Source: Clostridia bacterium (lineage in GTDB: Bacteria > Bacillota > Clostridia > TANB77 > CAG-508). From it: DNA of 64,000 bases. The stretch spans positions 64,001-128,000 of the forward strand of contig JAZUKI010000003.1 of NCBI GenBank assembly GCA_045643205.1, given 5' to 3'. A program made the translations under genes and the position numbers. The notes beneath the pieces are model-generated. The model was given only the letters and a program-made list of their open reading frames with translations. It did not search any database and had not been told where the DNA came from. Every line of letters begins with the position of its first letter. Within the stretch, counting starts at the first letter, position 1. Positions 39,256-49,162 of this stretch are shown here, one piece after another.

Positions 39256-40839
39256 ATGCTACAAGTAACAGGAGTTTCCGTTAGATTTGGAAAAAGAAGT
39301 TTATTTGAAAACGTTAATTTAAAATTCAGCAAAGGTTGTTGCTATGGAATCATAGGAGCAAACGGCGCTGGAAAATCAACATTTTTAAAGGTTTTATCAG
39401 GAGAACTAGAACCAAGCAAAGGCGAAGTTACAAAAGATAAAACAGAAAGAATATCTGTTTTACAACAAAACCACTTTGCTTTCGAAGAGTTTTCAGTAAT
39501 AGATACTGTTGTTATGGGCAACAAAGAATTATATGACATCAGAGTAGAAAAAGATGCTATCTATGCAAAGCCAGATTTTAGCGAAGCTGATGGAATGAAA
39601 GCTGCCAGACTTGAAGAAAGATTTGCTGAATTAGACGGATGGAATGCAGAATCAGATGCAGAAGTTTTATTAAATGATCTAGGAATTGAATCAGATAAAC
39701 ATTATTTATTAATGAAAGATTTAGAAGCAAAAGATAAAGTTAAGGTTTTATTAGCTCAAGCTTTATTTGGAAATCCAGACATCTTATTACTAGATGAGCC
39801 TACAAACGACTTAGATTTAAAATCAATTTCATGGCTTGAAGAATTCTTAATCAATTATGAAAACACAGTTATTGTAGTATCACACGATAGATATTTCTTA
39901 AACAAAGTATGTACTCATATTTGTGATGTTGATTATGGTGAAATAAAACTTTATCCTGGAAACTACGATTTCTGGTATGAATCTTCACAATTACTTCAAA
40001 AACAAATGAGAGATCAAAACAAGAAGAAAGAAGAAAAAATTAAAGAACTTGAAGAATTCATTAGAAGATTCTCTGCTAATGCATCAAAATCTAAACAAGC
40101 TACTTCAAGAAAAAAATCTTTAGAGAAAATTCAACTTGATGATATTAAACCATCAAACAGAAAGTACCCATACATAAACTTTACTCCAGATAGACAACCA
40201 GGAAATGAAATTCTAGAAGTAAACAATTTAAGCAAAACAGTAAATGGAGAAAAAGTTTTAGACAATATTTCATTTAAGGTAAAGGCAGACGACAAGATAG
40301 CTGTTTTAGCAGAAAATGAAAATGCAATGACAGTATTATTCCAAATATTAATAGGCGAAGCAGAGGCAGATTCAGGAGAAGTAAAATGGGGAACAACAAT
40401 TACAAATTCATATTTCCCAAAAGACAACAACTACCTATTTAAAGGAACAGAAAGTATAACAGATTGGTTAAGACAATATTCAAAAGATCCAGATGAAACA
40501 TATGTTAGAAGTTTCTTAGGAAGAATGTTATTCTCAGGAGAAGAAGCATTAAAAGCAGTCAATGTTTTATCAGGAGGAGAAAAAGTTAGATGTGTTCTTT
40601 CAAAAATAATGTTATCAGGAGCAAACTTCTTAGTATTTGATGAACCAACAAACCATTTAGATATGGAATCAATTACAGCATTAAACGAAGGAATGACAAG
40701 ATTTACAGGAAACATGATATTCACATCACATGATCATCAATTAACACAGACAGTTGCAAACAGAATTCTTGAAATCAAGAAAGACGGAACATTAATAGAT
40801 AAAGAAACAACATATAATGAATATTTAGGATTAGAATAA
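39256..40839 (+). CDS. ABC-F family ribosome-associated ATPase (YkpA/YbiT-like)
   Basis: Two ABC domains (GANGAGKST, LLLDEPTN, LSGGEK), linker RRFSANASKSKQATSR, no TM helices. Confidence 0.92.
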   Translation: MLQVTGVSVRFGKRSLFENVNLKFSKGCCYGIIGANGAGKSTFLKVLSGELEPSKGEVTKDKTERISVLQQNHFAFEEFSVIDTVVMGNKELYDIRVEKDAIYAKPDFSEADGMKAARLEERFAELDGWNAESDAEVLLNDLGIESDKHYLLMKDLEAKDKVKVLLAQALFGNPDILLLDEPTNDLDLKSISWLEEFLINYENTVIVVSHDRYFLNKVCTHICDVDYGEIKLYPGNYDFWYESSQLLQKQMRDQNKKKEEKIKELEEFIRRFSANASKSKQATSRKKSLEKIQLDDIKPSNRKYPYINFTPDRQPGNEILEVNNLSKTVNGEKVLDNISFKVKADDKIAVLAENENAMTVLFQILIGEAEADSGEVKWGTTITNSYFPKDNNYLFKGTESITDWLRQYSKDPDETYVRSFLGRMLFSGEEALKAVNVLSGGEKVRCVLSKIMLSGANFLVFDEPTNHLDMESITALNEGMTRFTGNMIFTSHDHQLTQTVANRILEIKKDGTLIDKETTYNEYLGLE

Positions 40840-40942
40840 AAAAAGAAGAGCAGAATTAAGTTGAAGTTATCAACTAAGTTTCTGCTCTTTTATTTTGACT
40901 TTAAGATTAAAAGTCGATTTAAATAAATTTTGATTTTTAATA

Positions 40943-43882
40943 TTAGTTTTCCACTGAAGTCTCATCAGAAGGTGGAAATTCAGACTGAATTTTTTCAATC
41001 TCTTCATAATTATTATCTAAAATATCTAACCATGCAGTAGCAATTATAGGATCAAATTGTGAACCTGAACATTTTTCAATTTCAGCCTTAACTATATCTA
41101 ATGGTAAAACATTTCGATAACTTCTCTTTGATGTCATTGCATCAAAAGTATCAACTACAGTACAAATTCTAGCAATATACGGAATTTCTACACCTTTGAT
41201 TTTATCAGGATATCCATTTCCATCAAATCTCTCATGATGATATAAAACTATAGGAATAATAGAGTTAAACATTTCAGCATCACCAAAAATTTTTGCACCA
41301 ATTGTAGAATGTTTTTTTATCAATTCATACTCTTTATCATCAAGCTTGCCATTCTTTAAAAGAACAGAATCGGGAACACCAATTTTTCCAATATCATGGA
41401 ACAATCCACCAATCTTTAATGTTTTAAGAGTAGCTTCATCACAACCTAATTTCTTTCCTAGTAAAACACAATATGCAGAAACTCTATCTGAGTGACCTCT
41501 AGTATAAGGATCTTTTGCATCAACAGTTTGTTTCAAAATATTGATTGTATCTAAGTAAGCTTTTTCTAAAAGAGTTTGGCTCTTTTTCTTTTCTTCATCA
41601 AGTGCTTTTTGCGCTTGACTAGAGAAAGAAGGAGCAACTTTCAAATTCTTTTTATTTTCCTTATTGTATTTAAACAATGCTTTTAATTTACTAAAAAACA
41701 ATAATACAAAATTTCTATGTTTTCCTTTAATCTTAGCACCAGAATCATTAGAATCATTGATGTCTAAATAATCCATTTCATTCGAATTTTCTTCTATTGT
41801 ATTTTCAGCAAGTGTTGGAAACTCTTTTTCATCAACCATTTTTTCAACTACAGGATCAATAATTGAATCGCCATTTCTTGAATCAATAACTTTTACAGTA
41901 GGAGAATCCATATTTGTTGAGTCAATAACTTTTCCAGTAACAGGATCAACATTTCTTAAATCAACAACTTTTCCAGTAACAGGATCAATAATTATTGAAT
42001 TTGATTTTTTAAATTTATCTTGTTCAACTTTGTTTTCTTCAATTAATAATTTGATTTCCTTATCTATATCAACATCAATATCAGCAACAGATTTATCAGA
42101 TAAATCCATCAATTGTTTCAACACAGACATGTAATTATTTGCAATGTTATCTATTGTTTCGGCCTTAAACAAATAAGAGCGATAATTAAAATTTATTTTA
42201 TTAGTATCAGGAACAATATCTACAGTGATTAGATATTGTGAAGTGTAATTACAAATACGACTGATATCAACAATAGTATTAAGTTTTTCTTTTTCATTAA
42301 AATGATAGTTAAAACAAATATCAAACAATTGCTTATTTGAATTTACAGAAACAACATTTAAAGCTTTTGACAACTCATCTATAGGATATGATTGATGTTC
42401 TAATCCCTGTAAATAGTTTGAATTAACAGCTTTAACAAAGTCAGCAACAGAGATATTTTCATCAATAACAGTTCTTAGCGCCAATGCATTTTCATAAGGA
42501 CCAATAATTGTCTTTAAATCCTCAAGTTTTCTATTAGTTGCGGGAACCCCAACAACAATGTCATTTTGATCAGTAAATTTGTAAAGAGTAATATATAGAG
42601 CTGATAAGAAAACTGAGCTAGGTAGAACGTTATGTTCATGTGCAAATTTATTAATTTTCTTAAACTTTTCTCTACTATAATCAAACTTTAACTTTTCACC
42701 AGTATAATTTCTAGCATCATTTAAAGGATTATCATAAGGAAGATTTAATGAATCAAAATTACATCCATTAAACTTCTCAATCCAATAATTTTTATCCAAA
42801 GTAATTGCTGGACTAGCTAAATATTTTGACTCCCAAACAGAGTAATCTTTATAATCCAATGTCTCAACAGGAGCAAAACTATCAAGTGAAATCTGTTGTT
42901 CTAAAACATCTGAATTATAGTAATTCAATAATTTTTTAATAATTAACATTATTGAAAATTTATCGCATACCAATTGATGTGTATCAATTAATAACATTGA
43001 TTGATTATCATCCTCATAAAGGGCTGCTCTCAAAAGTGGAGCTTTCTCAATATTAAATGGTTTCACAAATGATTGGTATGTTTTTACTATATTTTTATCT
43101 TCAAATTTATAATTTTCTACAACTTTCAAATTAAAAGTTACTTTACTTTTTATTTTTTGTCGCAACTCAATTTTACCTTCTTCAGTTTCAGCCATGGCAA
43201 AAGATGTGCGTAAACTACTATTATTATTTAGTAAATTCTCAAAAGCAGATTGCATTTTACTTACAACTAATTTGTGATTAAAACGAATTGCATAAGGCAT
43301 ATTATAAACAGTATTAGTATCACCACATAATAAATTAGAATAATAAATTCGTTTTTGAGTTCCAGTAATAGGATAACTCTTTTGTTTTGGAACAATCTCT
43401 AAAGGAATGATATTGCGAATGTTTTTTATTTTTTGAATTTCATTTTCATACAAATAATAGACATCAGAAATTTGCGAAGAAATTTTATTTAACAATATAG
43501 AGTCACCAAAAGAAGGCGAAATGACACTTATAATTCCTCCGCCTATATTTTTTAGTTTAAAAACTACTATATCGTATAATTTATTCTCTCCTAGCAATCT
43601 ATTTGCTAGTTTTTTCGCAAGTTTATCAATTTCAGTTTTATTTTTTACACCAAATACTTTAATGTCGTATTCGGAAACATCTTTGTCTTTTGTACTAATC
43701 CTCTTAGTGAAAGCATCATTATTTTCAATGACCCATTGAATAGATTGCTTCAAATTTTCAATATTAACTTCTTGATTAAAACAAATTATCTGTTTTAAAT
43801 TATTGTCATTTTTTTGAATATCAGAAGTTCCAGATTGAGAATTTTTTTGAGGATTCTTTGATTCATACAAAGATTTCTCCAT
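40943..43882 (-). CDS. NRPS condensation-domain / HD-GYP phosphodiesterase fusion protein
   Basis: YP.T..QKRIY, YNMP, SLRTSF, PFNIEKAPLLRA, THQLVCD, YKDYSVWE, QNDIVVGVPATNR, HQSYP (C domain); C-terminal DAKDPYTRGHSDRV, HDIGK, HHERFDGNGYP, RSYR (HD-GYP). Confidence 0.85.
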   Translation of the reverse strand: MEKSLYESKNPQKNSQSGTSDIQKNDNNLKQIICFNQEVNIENLKQSIQWVIENNDAFTKRISTKDKDVSEYDIKVFGVKNKTEIDKLAKKLANRLLGENKLYDIVVFKLKNIGGGIISVISPSFGDSILLNKISSQISDVYYLYENEIQKIKNIRNIIPLEIVPKQKSYPITGTQKRIYYSNLLCGDTNTVYNMPYAIRFNHKLVVSKMQSAFENLLNNNSSLRTSFAMAETEEGKIELRQKIKSKVTFNLKVVENYKFEDKNIVKTYQSFVKPFNIEKAPLLRAALYEDDNQSMLLIDTHQLVCDKFSIMLIIKKLLNYYNSDVLEQQISLDSFAPVETLDYKDYSVWESKYLASPAITLDKNYWIEKFNGCNFDSLNLPYDNPLNDARNYTGEKLKFDYSREKFKKINKFAHEHNVLPSSVFLSALYITLYKFTDQNDIVVGVPATNRKLEDLKTIIGPYENALALRTVIDENISVADFVKAVNSNYLQGLEHQSYPIDELSKALNVVSVNSNKQLFDICFNYHFNEKEKLNTIVDISRICNYTSQYLITVDIVPDTNKINFNYRSYLFKAETIDNIANNYMSVLKQLMDLSDKSVADIDVDIDKEIKLLIEENKVEQDKFKKSNSIIIDPVTGKVVDLRNVDPVTGKVIDSTNMDSPTVKVIDSRNGDSIIDPVVEKMVDEKEFPTLAENTIEENSNEMDYLDINDSNDSGAKIKGKHRNFVLLFFSKLKALFKYNKENKKNLKVAPSFSSQAQKALDEEKKKSQTLLEKAYLDTINILKQTVDAKDPYTRGHSDRVSAYCVLLGKKLGCDEATLKTLKIGGLFHDIGKIGVPDSVLLKNGKLDDKEYELIKKHSTIGAKIFGDAEMFNSIIPIVLYHHERFDGNGYPDKIKGVEIPYIARICTVVDTFDAMTSKRSYRNVLPLDIVKAEIEKCSGSQFDPIIATAWLDILDNNYEEIEKIQSEFPPSDETSVEN
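41851..41995 (-). repeat. Intragenic tandem repeat, about 39-bp (13-aa) period (DPVTGKV.D)
   Basis: IIDPVTGKVVDLRNVDPVTGKVIDSTNMDSPTVKVIDSRNGDSIIDPVVEK. Confidence 0.75.
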
Positions 43883-44059
43883 GTGAGACCCTCACTTAAT
43901 AAAACTATAATTTTTACAGCCTAATTATATGACCAAAGGCCTCAAAAGTCAACGGATTAGAACATTAGAACAATTGATTTTTAGCAGAAAATATGATATA
44001 ACAAATGCTATGTTTCAAGTAGTACCATACACATATTAAGAGCAACAAGGAGGTTCAAC

Positions 44060-44419
44060 ATGAAAAAAACAAAATATGTGTGCAGTATGTGTGGAAAAAG
44101 AAAAGTAAAACTTTGGATTCCATATGAATTCAATCCACTTTTGCTAATTTGTGCAGAATGCGCAGAAAAAAAGCAAATAAAGCATAAGGACATACCTGAA
44201 TGGCGAGAGGATGATAATGGAAAAATTCCAATATTCATGAATGGAAACAAAACGGTACTGGAGACAGATCAACTTGTAGTTGATTTATCCGACAATGGAG
44301 GTAGTAAAAAAGAAACTCTAATTCCTGCCTGCATAAAAGACGATAGTCCTACATTCTGTAAATATGCAGAAATATCAACAGAAGAAGAGGACAATTGGAG
44401 GAAACTTCCAACACGTTAA
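44060..44419 (+). CDS. Hypothetical protein with CxxC...CxxC Zn-binding motif
   Basis: CSMC...CAEC; strong SD AAGGAGG; terminator downstream. Confidence 0.7.
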   Translation: MKKTKYVCSMCGKRKVKLWIPYEFNPLLLICAECAEKKQIKHKDIPEWREDDNGKIPIFMNGNKTVLETDQLVVDLSDNGGSKKETLIPACIKDDSPTFCKYAEISTEEEDNWRKLPTR

Positions 44420-44555
44420 AAAAGAGCAACTGTAAAATCTTAATAGATTTACAGTTGCTTTTTTACATACCAGTACTTATACAAAATTATATATTTCTAA
44501 TTTTAATTTATAAATTCTAATTTATAATTTTTAAATTTATCAGTAATGATTAAAT

Positions 44556-46109
44556 TTATTTAAAGAACTTTTTAAAAATTGAATTTAGGCCTTTATTTAT
44601 AGCTTTATCTACAGCTTTATTAGCTACTTTTTTACCAAGCTTGTATTCTACTGAATTTTTTCTCTTCTTTTCAGCTTCTTTTTCTTCTTTCTCTTTTGCT
44701 TTCTTTTCTTCAGCTTCCTTTTTAGCTTGTTCTTTTTCTTCTTTTTCTTTTTGCTTTTGCTCTTCAGCTTCTCGTTTAGCTTGTTCTTGCTCTTCTTTTA
44801 TTTTAGCTTCTTCAGCTTGTTGTTCTTCAATTTTTTTATTAATAATCTCATGAGCAGATTCATTATCAATTGCCTCTTCATATTTTCCGGCAATAATACT
44901 GCTATTAATTATTTTGTTTCTTGATAAATCATCAATTACTCCCATTTTACTTTGAGGTGGAAGTATAGTAACTTTTTCAACAATTTCAGGTTCACCTTTT
45001 TCATTTTGAAAACTTATTAGGGCTTCTCCTGTTCCTAAATTTAAAATAGCTTCTTCTGTATTAAAGCTAGGATTTGTTCTAAAACCATCAGCTGCAGCTT
45101 TTACTACTTTTTGTTCAGCAGGAGTAAAAGCTCTTAAATTATGTTGAATTTTATTTCCTAATTGTCCAAGTATTTCACTAGGAATATCTGTTGGATTTTG
45201 AGAAATAAAGTATAAACCAATTCCTCTAGATCTAATTAATTTAACAATTTGAACAATTTGTTTTAATCTATATGCTGGCATATCAGCAAAAACTAAATGT
45301 GCTTCATCAAAGAAAAAAGCTATTTTTGGTTTATCCATATCTCCAACTTCAGGAAGGGTATTAAACAAATCAGTTAAAAGCCATAACATAAATGATGCAT
45401 ATAAATCAGGACTTCTAAACAATTCAACTGCATGAAGAATATTTATAAAACCTTTACCATTATTATCAACAGCAATAAAATCATGAATATCAAGTTCGGG
45501 TTCACCGAAAAATTTATCAGCACCTTGATTTTCAAGAGCTAATAAACTTCTTTGAATAACGCCAACTGATTGAGTTGTAACATTTCCATATTGAGTTGTA
45601 TATTGTTGTCTATTATCTCCAACATATTGTAATGCTGTTTTTAAATCTTTAAGATCAATTAATGGTAAATTTTCATCTTTTGCAACTCTAAATACGATTT
45701 CTAGAACACCTTCTTGAGCTTCAGTTAAGCCTAACATTATTGAAAGGATGCTAGCTCCAACAGTTGAAACTTTAGTTCTAATTGGATGTCCGTTTTGTCC
45801 ATATATATCCCAGAACCTAACTGGGAAAGCTTTTACATCAAAGTTTTCTAGTTTTAAAGTTTCTACTCTTTTAGAAACAGCTTCACTCATTTCGCCTGAC
45901 AAAGCTGTTCCCTCAATATCACCTTTAACATCAGCTAAAAAAACAGGAACACCGGCATCTGAAAAACTTTCAGCCATAACTTTTGCGGTAATTGTTTTTC
46001 CAGTACCTGAAGCACCAGTAATAAGACCATGTCTATTAGCCATTTGAGGTAGTAAACAGACTTCTTTTTCTTCGTTTTTTCCAATTAATAATTTGCCATT
46101 GGCGTACAT
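44556..46109 (-). CDS. DUF853 / YjgR HerA-like ATPase
   Basis: ANRHGLITGASGTGKT, VPVFLADVKGD, LPEVGD.DKPK..FFFDEAH, RSRGIG. Confidence 0.9.
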   Translation of the reverse strand: MYANGKLLIGKNEEKEVCLLPQMANRHGLITGASGTGKTITAKVMAESFSDAGVPVFLADVKGDIEGTALSGEMSEAVSKRVETLKLENFDVKAFPVRFWDIYGQNGHPIRTKVSTVGASILSIMLGLTEAQEGVLEIVFRVAKDENLPLIDLKDLKTALQYVGDNRQQYTTQYGNVTTQSVGVIQRSLLALENQGADKFFGEPELDIHDFIAVDNNGKGFINILHAVELFRSPDLYASFMLWLLTDLFNTLPEVGDMDKPKIAFFFDEAHLVFADMPAYRLKQIVQIVKLIRSRGIGLYFISQNPTDIPSEILGQLGNKIQHNLRAFTPAEQKVVKAAADGFRTNPSFNTEEAILNLGTGEALISFQNEKGEPEIVEKVTILPPQSKMGVIDDLSRNKIINSSIIAGKYEEAIDNESAHEIINKKIEEQQAEEAKIKEEQEQAKREAEEQKQKEKEEKEQAKKEAEEKKAKEKEEKEAEKKRKNSVEYKLGKKVANKAVDKAINKGLNSIFKKFFK

Positions 46110-46119
46110 AATTAACCTC

Positions 46120-48615
46120 CTAGTTATCTATTGTTTCTTGTTTTTGAATAATATTATTTTCTCTTTTTGATAATTCTTGTATATATTCATGTTCTAAATC
46201 TTTAGCATCATGTAATGATTGTTGCTTTTCTAAATCTTGAGTTATTAAACTTTCTAATTTTTTTTCTTTACTATTTCGCAAAGCATCTTTGTTATCATCA
46301 ATCCGCTTAACAATTTCTAATATTTCAGGTAAATCTGGATGATCTTCTATATATTTAGCCTTTTCATCTTCGGTTTGTAATTCTCTATAAGGCTTTATTA
46401 CCAGTTGCCTAATTTTATTTAATGACATTCCTAATTTTTTTTCTTCTTCATTTTTAGAAGTTCGTGATGGAGGCTTAGTAGTATTTCTTGTTTCCATCCA
46501 TTCTTTAATTAGTCTTGCATTCACTAAATAAAGAGAAATATTATTATCATCAATCTGTTTAATAATTTCTAATATTTCAGGTAAATCTGGATGATCTTCT
46601 ATATATTTAGCCTTTTCATCTTCGGTTTGTAAGTTTCTGTAAGGCTTTATTACATCTTGCCTAATAGAACTTAATGATTTTCCTAATTTTTTTTCTTCTT
46701 CATTTTTTGAAATTTGTGATGGAGGCTTAGTAGTATTTCTTGTTTCCATCCATTCTTTAATTAGTCTTGCATTCACTAAAGAAGGAGAAATATTATTATC
46801 ATCAATCCATTTAATAATTTCTAATATTTCAGGTAAATCTGGATGATCTTCTATATATTTAGTCTTTTCATCTTCGGTTTGTAAGTTTCTATAAGGCTTT
46901 ATTACCAGGTGCCTAATAGAACTTAATGATTTTCCTAATTTTTTTTCTTCTTCATTTTTTGAAGTTTGTGATGGAGGCTTAGTAGTATTTCTTGTTTCCA
47001 TCCATTCTTTAATTAGTTTTGTATTCACTAAAGAAGGAGAAATATTATTATCATCAATCCATTTAATAATTTCTAATATTTCAGGTAAATCTGGATGATC
47101 TTCTATATATTTAGCCTTTTTATCTTCGGTTTGTAATTCTCTATAAGGCTTTATTATCAGTTGCCTAATATTATTTAATGATATTCCTAATTTTTTTTCT
47201 TCTTCATTTTTTGAAATAGAAGTTGGAGGCTTAGTAGTATTTCTTGTTTTCATCCATTCTTTACTTAGTCTTGCATTCACTAAATAAGGAGACTCATCTT
47301 TTGGTGTTGCCATTACCTTACTTAATAATTCTATAAAATCCTTGGTTTCACCTTGTATTCTAAAAACACCAATATCTTCAATATCATAATCATCTAGATT
47401 TCTAACATTAGTATTAAAGTTAGATTTATTATTGCTAGTTAAGCCATTTTGTCTGTGATTTATTTCATAATCTAAATTAGTTGTTAAATAATTATTTACT
47501 AAATCAAAAACTATTGTCTGATCTTTTGATGGGTCAGAAGACAAAGCTCTTCCTAATTGTTGTAAATATATTAGTCTAGAACTAGTTGGTCTAGCCATTA
47601 TTACTCCTGATATATTTTCAACATGTAATCCCTCATTTAACATATCTACAGAGAATAACAATTTTAAATGTTGTGATTTTGAATTCTCAAAATTTTTAAT
47701 AGTATTAGAATTTTCTTTATCAGTATAACCTTCTCCAGAATAAACTGAATATATTTCAGGTTCAGAATCAATTGAACCAAACCATTCATTGACTTTGTTT
47801 ATTAATTCATCCATATGTTGTTTATCTTTACAAAAAACAATATATTTTCCATCTTTCTTTTCTATGTTTTTTCTAAAAAGTTCAGGGATGTCATCAGCAT
47901 TATCAACGATTCTTCTCATCTTTTCATATAGTTTTTCTAACTCTTTTTTTGTTTGTTCATCATAACAATTATCTATAGCTGACCTAACATTTTCCAATTG
48001 ATAATCTAGTGCATAATCGCATTTTACATATTTAGGAGTTTTAACAATTCTATTTCTTAATGCTTCAACTAAGGTTAATTCATAATTAATAGTACCTTCA
48101 AATAGATTATCAATGATATTAATATCATCCATTCTATCAGGAGTTGCTGTTAAACCTAAAATTTTAGCATTTGGATTTTTATCAAGTAAAGTGTTAACAC
48201 GTTCTCCCCATTTATCTGCCCCAGTTCTATGTAGTTCATCCATAATTATAAAATCAGCTTGTATTTTTTCTAGTAACTGATCGGGAATTCTAAGCAAAGC
48301 TGGATATAGATGTATTTTTAAATGTGGAAAATATTCTTCAGCTATTTGTATTGCTGATTTTCCAACTGGTTTTATGCCTACAATATATTCAGCAATATAA
48401 TTATACATTTGATTTCTTATTGCACGAGTAGGCGCTAAAAATAAAATGTTTTTATCTTTATTATCTGCCATAAGTTGCAATGAAACGAAAGATTTTCCAC
48501 AACCAGTAGGCATTACAACAGAAGCTTTGTTATTATATTGATATGCTTCTTGTACTGCTTTATAAGCATCCTGTTGATGTGGTTGTAGTCCTTGTAAATC
48601 ATTTGCGATTATCAT
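46120..48615 (-). CDS. SF2 (ResIII/DEAH) helicase with four C-terminal 84-aa repeats
   Basis: MPTGCGKS, DELH, GLTATP, DMLNEGLH, QQLGR; repeats ...KEWM.TRNTTKPP...EEKKLG.SL..IR... Confidence 0.85.
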   Translation of the reverse strand: MIIANDLQGLQPHQQDAYKAVQEAYQYNNKASVVMPTGCGKSFVSLQLMADNKDKNILFLAPTRAIRNQMYNYIAEYIVGIKPVGKSAIQIAEEYFPHLKIHLYPALLRIPDQLLEKIQADFIIMDELHRTGADKWGERVNTLLDKNPNAKILGLTATPDRMDDINIIDNLFEGTINYELTLVEALRNRIVKTPKYVKCDYALDYQLENVRSAIDNCYDEQTKKELEKLYEKMRRIVDNADDIPELFRKNIEKKDGKYIVFCKDKQHMDELINKVNEWFGSIDSEPEIYSVYSGEGYTDKENSNTIKNFENSKSQHLKLLFSVDMLNEGLHVENISGVIMARPTSSRLIYLQQLGRALSSDPSKDQTIVFDLVNNYLTTNLDYEINHRQNGLTSNNKSNFNTNVRNLDDYDIEDIGVFRIQGETKDFIELLSKVMATPKDESPYLVNARLSKEWMKTRNTTKPPTSISKNEEEKKLGISLNNIRQLIIKPYRELQTEDKKAKYIEDHPDLPEILEIIKWIDDNNISPSLVNTKLIKEWMETRNTTKPPSQTSKNEEEKKLGKSLSSIRHLVIKPYRNLQTEDEKTKYIEDHPDLPEILEIIKWIDDNNISPSLVNARLIKEWMETRNTTKPPSQISKNEEEKKLGKSLSSIRQDVIKPYRNLQTEDEKAKYIEDHPDLPEILEIIKQIDDNNISLYLVNARLIKEWMETRNTTKPPSRTSKNEEEKKLGMSLNKIRQLVIKPYRELQTEDEKAKYIEDHPDLPEILEIVKRIDDNKDALRNSKEKKLESLITQDLEKQQSLHDAKDLEHEYIQELSKRENNIIQKQETIDN
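46292..47292 (-). repeat. Four near-identical 252-bp tandem repeats
   Basis: Marker TCACTAA recurs at 46521, 46773, 47025 and 47277 (period 252). Confidence 0.92.
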
Positions 48616-48635
48616 AATACCTCCGATTTTATTTG

Positions 48636-48998
48636 CTACTCTTGTTTTAACTCTTTTTGCATAGAAATAATATGCTGTTTTATTCTTAATAATTCATTAT
48701 CTATATTTGTAATATCTTTTGAAAAATAATCAATCATGTCATCAATTTCATTATCTTCTAGATCACTAGGACTAAGTTCATCACAAAGAAGTTTTTTTGC
48801 TAAAGATTGTTTTTGATTTTCTATTTCAAATTTAAGCTTTAAATCATTATTAGTAATAATGTTATTATTAGGTATACTGTTTGTAGAAGAATTATAAAAA
48901 TCTTTATTATTATTATTTTTTTCTTTTAAAAATATAGTTCTAAAAAAATTTTTTATTCGATACCACAAATTATTTGTTGGAACTAATTTATTATTCAT
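48636..48998 (-). CDS. Hypothetical protein with N-terminal amphipathic helix
   Basis: SD AAGGAG; WYRIKNFFRTIF; C-terminal coiled coil; co-directional with the helicase. Confidence 0.7.
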   Translation of the reverse strand: MNNKLVPTNNLWYRIKNFFRTIFLKEKNNNNKDFYNSSTNSIPNNNIITNNDLKLKFEIENQKQSLAKKLLCDELSPSDLEDNEIDDMIDYFSKDITNIDNELLRIKQHIISMQKELKQE

Positions 48999-49162
48999 TA
49001 AAATTTACTCCTTGCTTTTGTATATCATTATTTTCTCTTTTTGATAATTCTTTTTAAAACTCATATTTTATATATACAATAATTCAGTTTAATTATATCA
49101 TAAATAAAAAAAGAAAACCCCTTACGGGGGATAAAGAAAAAAATATTTTCTTTTTTTATGGC

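Noticed and set aside
40943-43882. NRPS biosynthetic gene cluster
   Set aside because: No adenylation, carrier or thioesterase domains are present, and the catalytic His motif is degenerate.
46292-47292. CRISPR array
   Set aside because: The repeats are contiguous, in-frame 252-bp coding units with no spacers and no cas genes. The 38879-38969 and 41851-41995 repeats fail for similar reasons.
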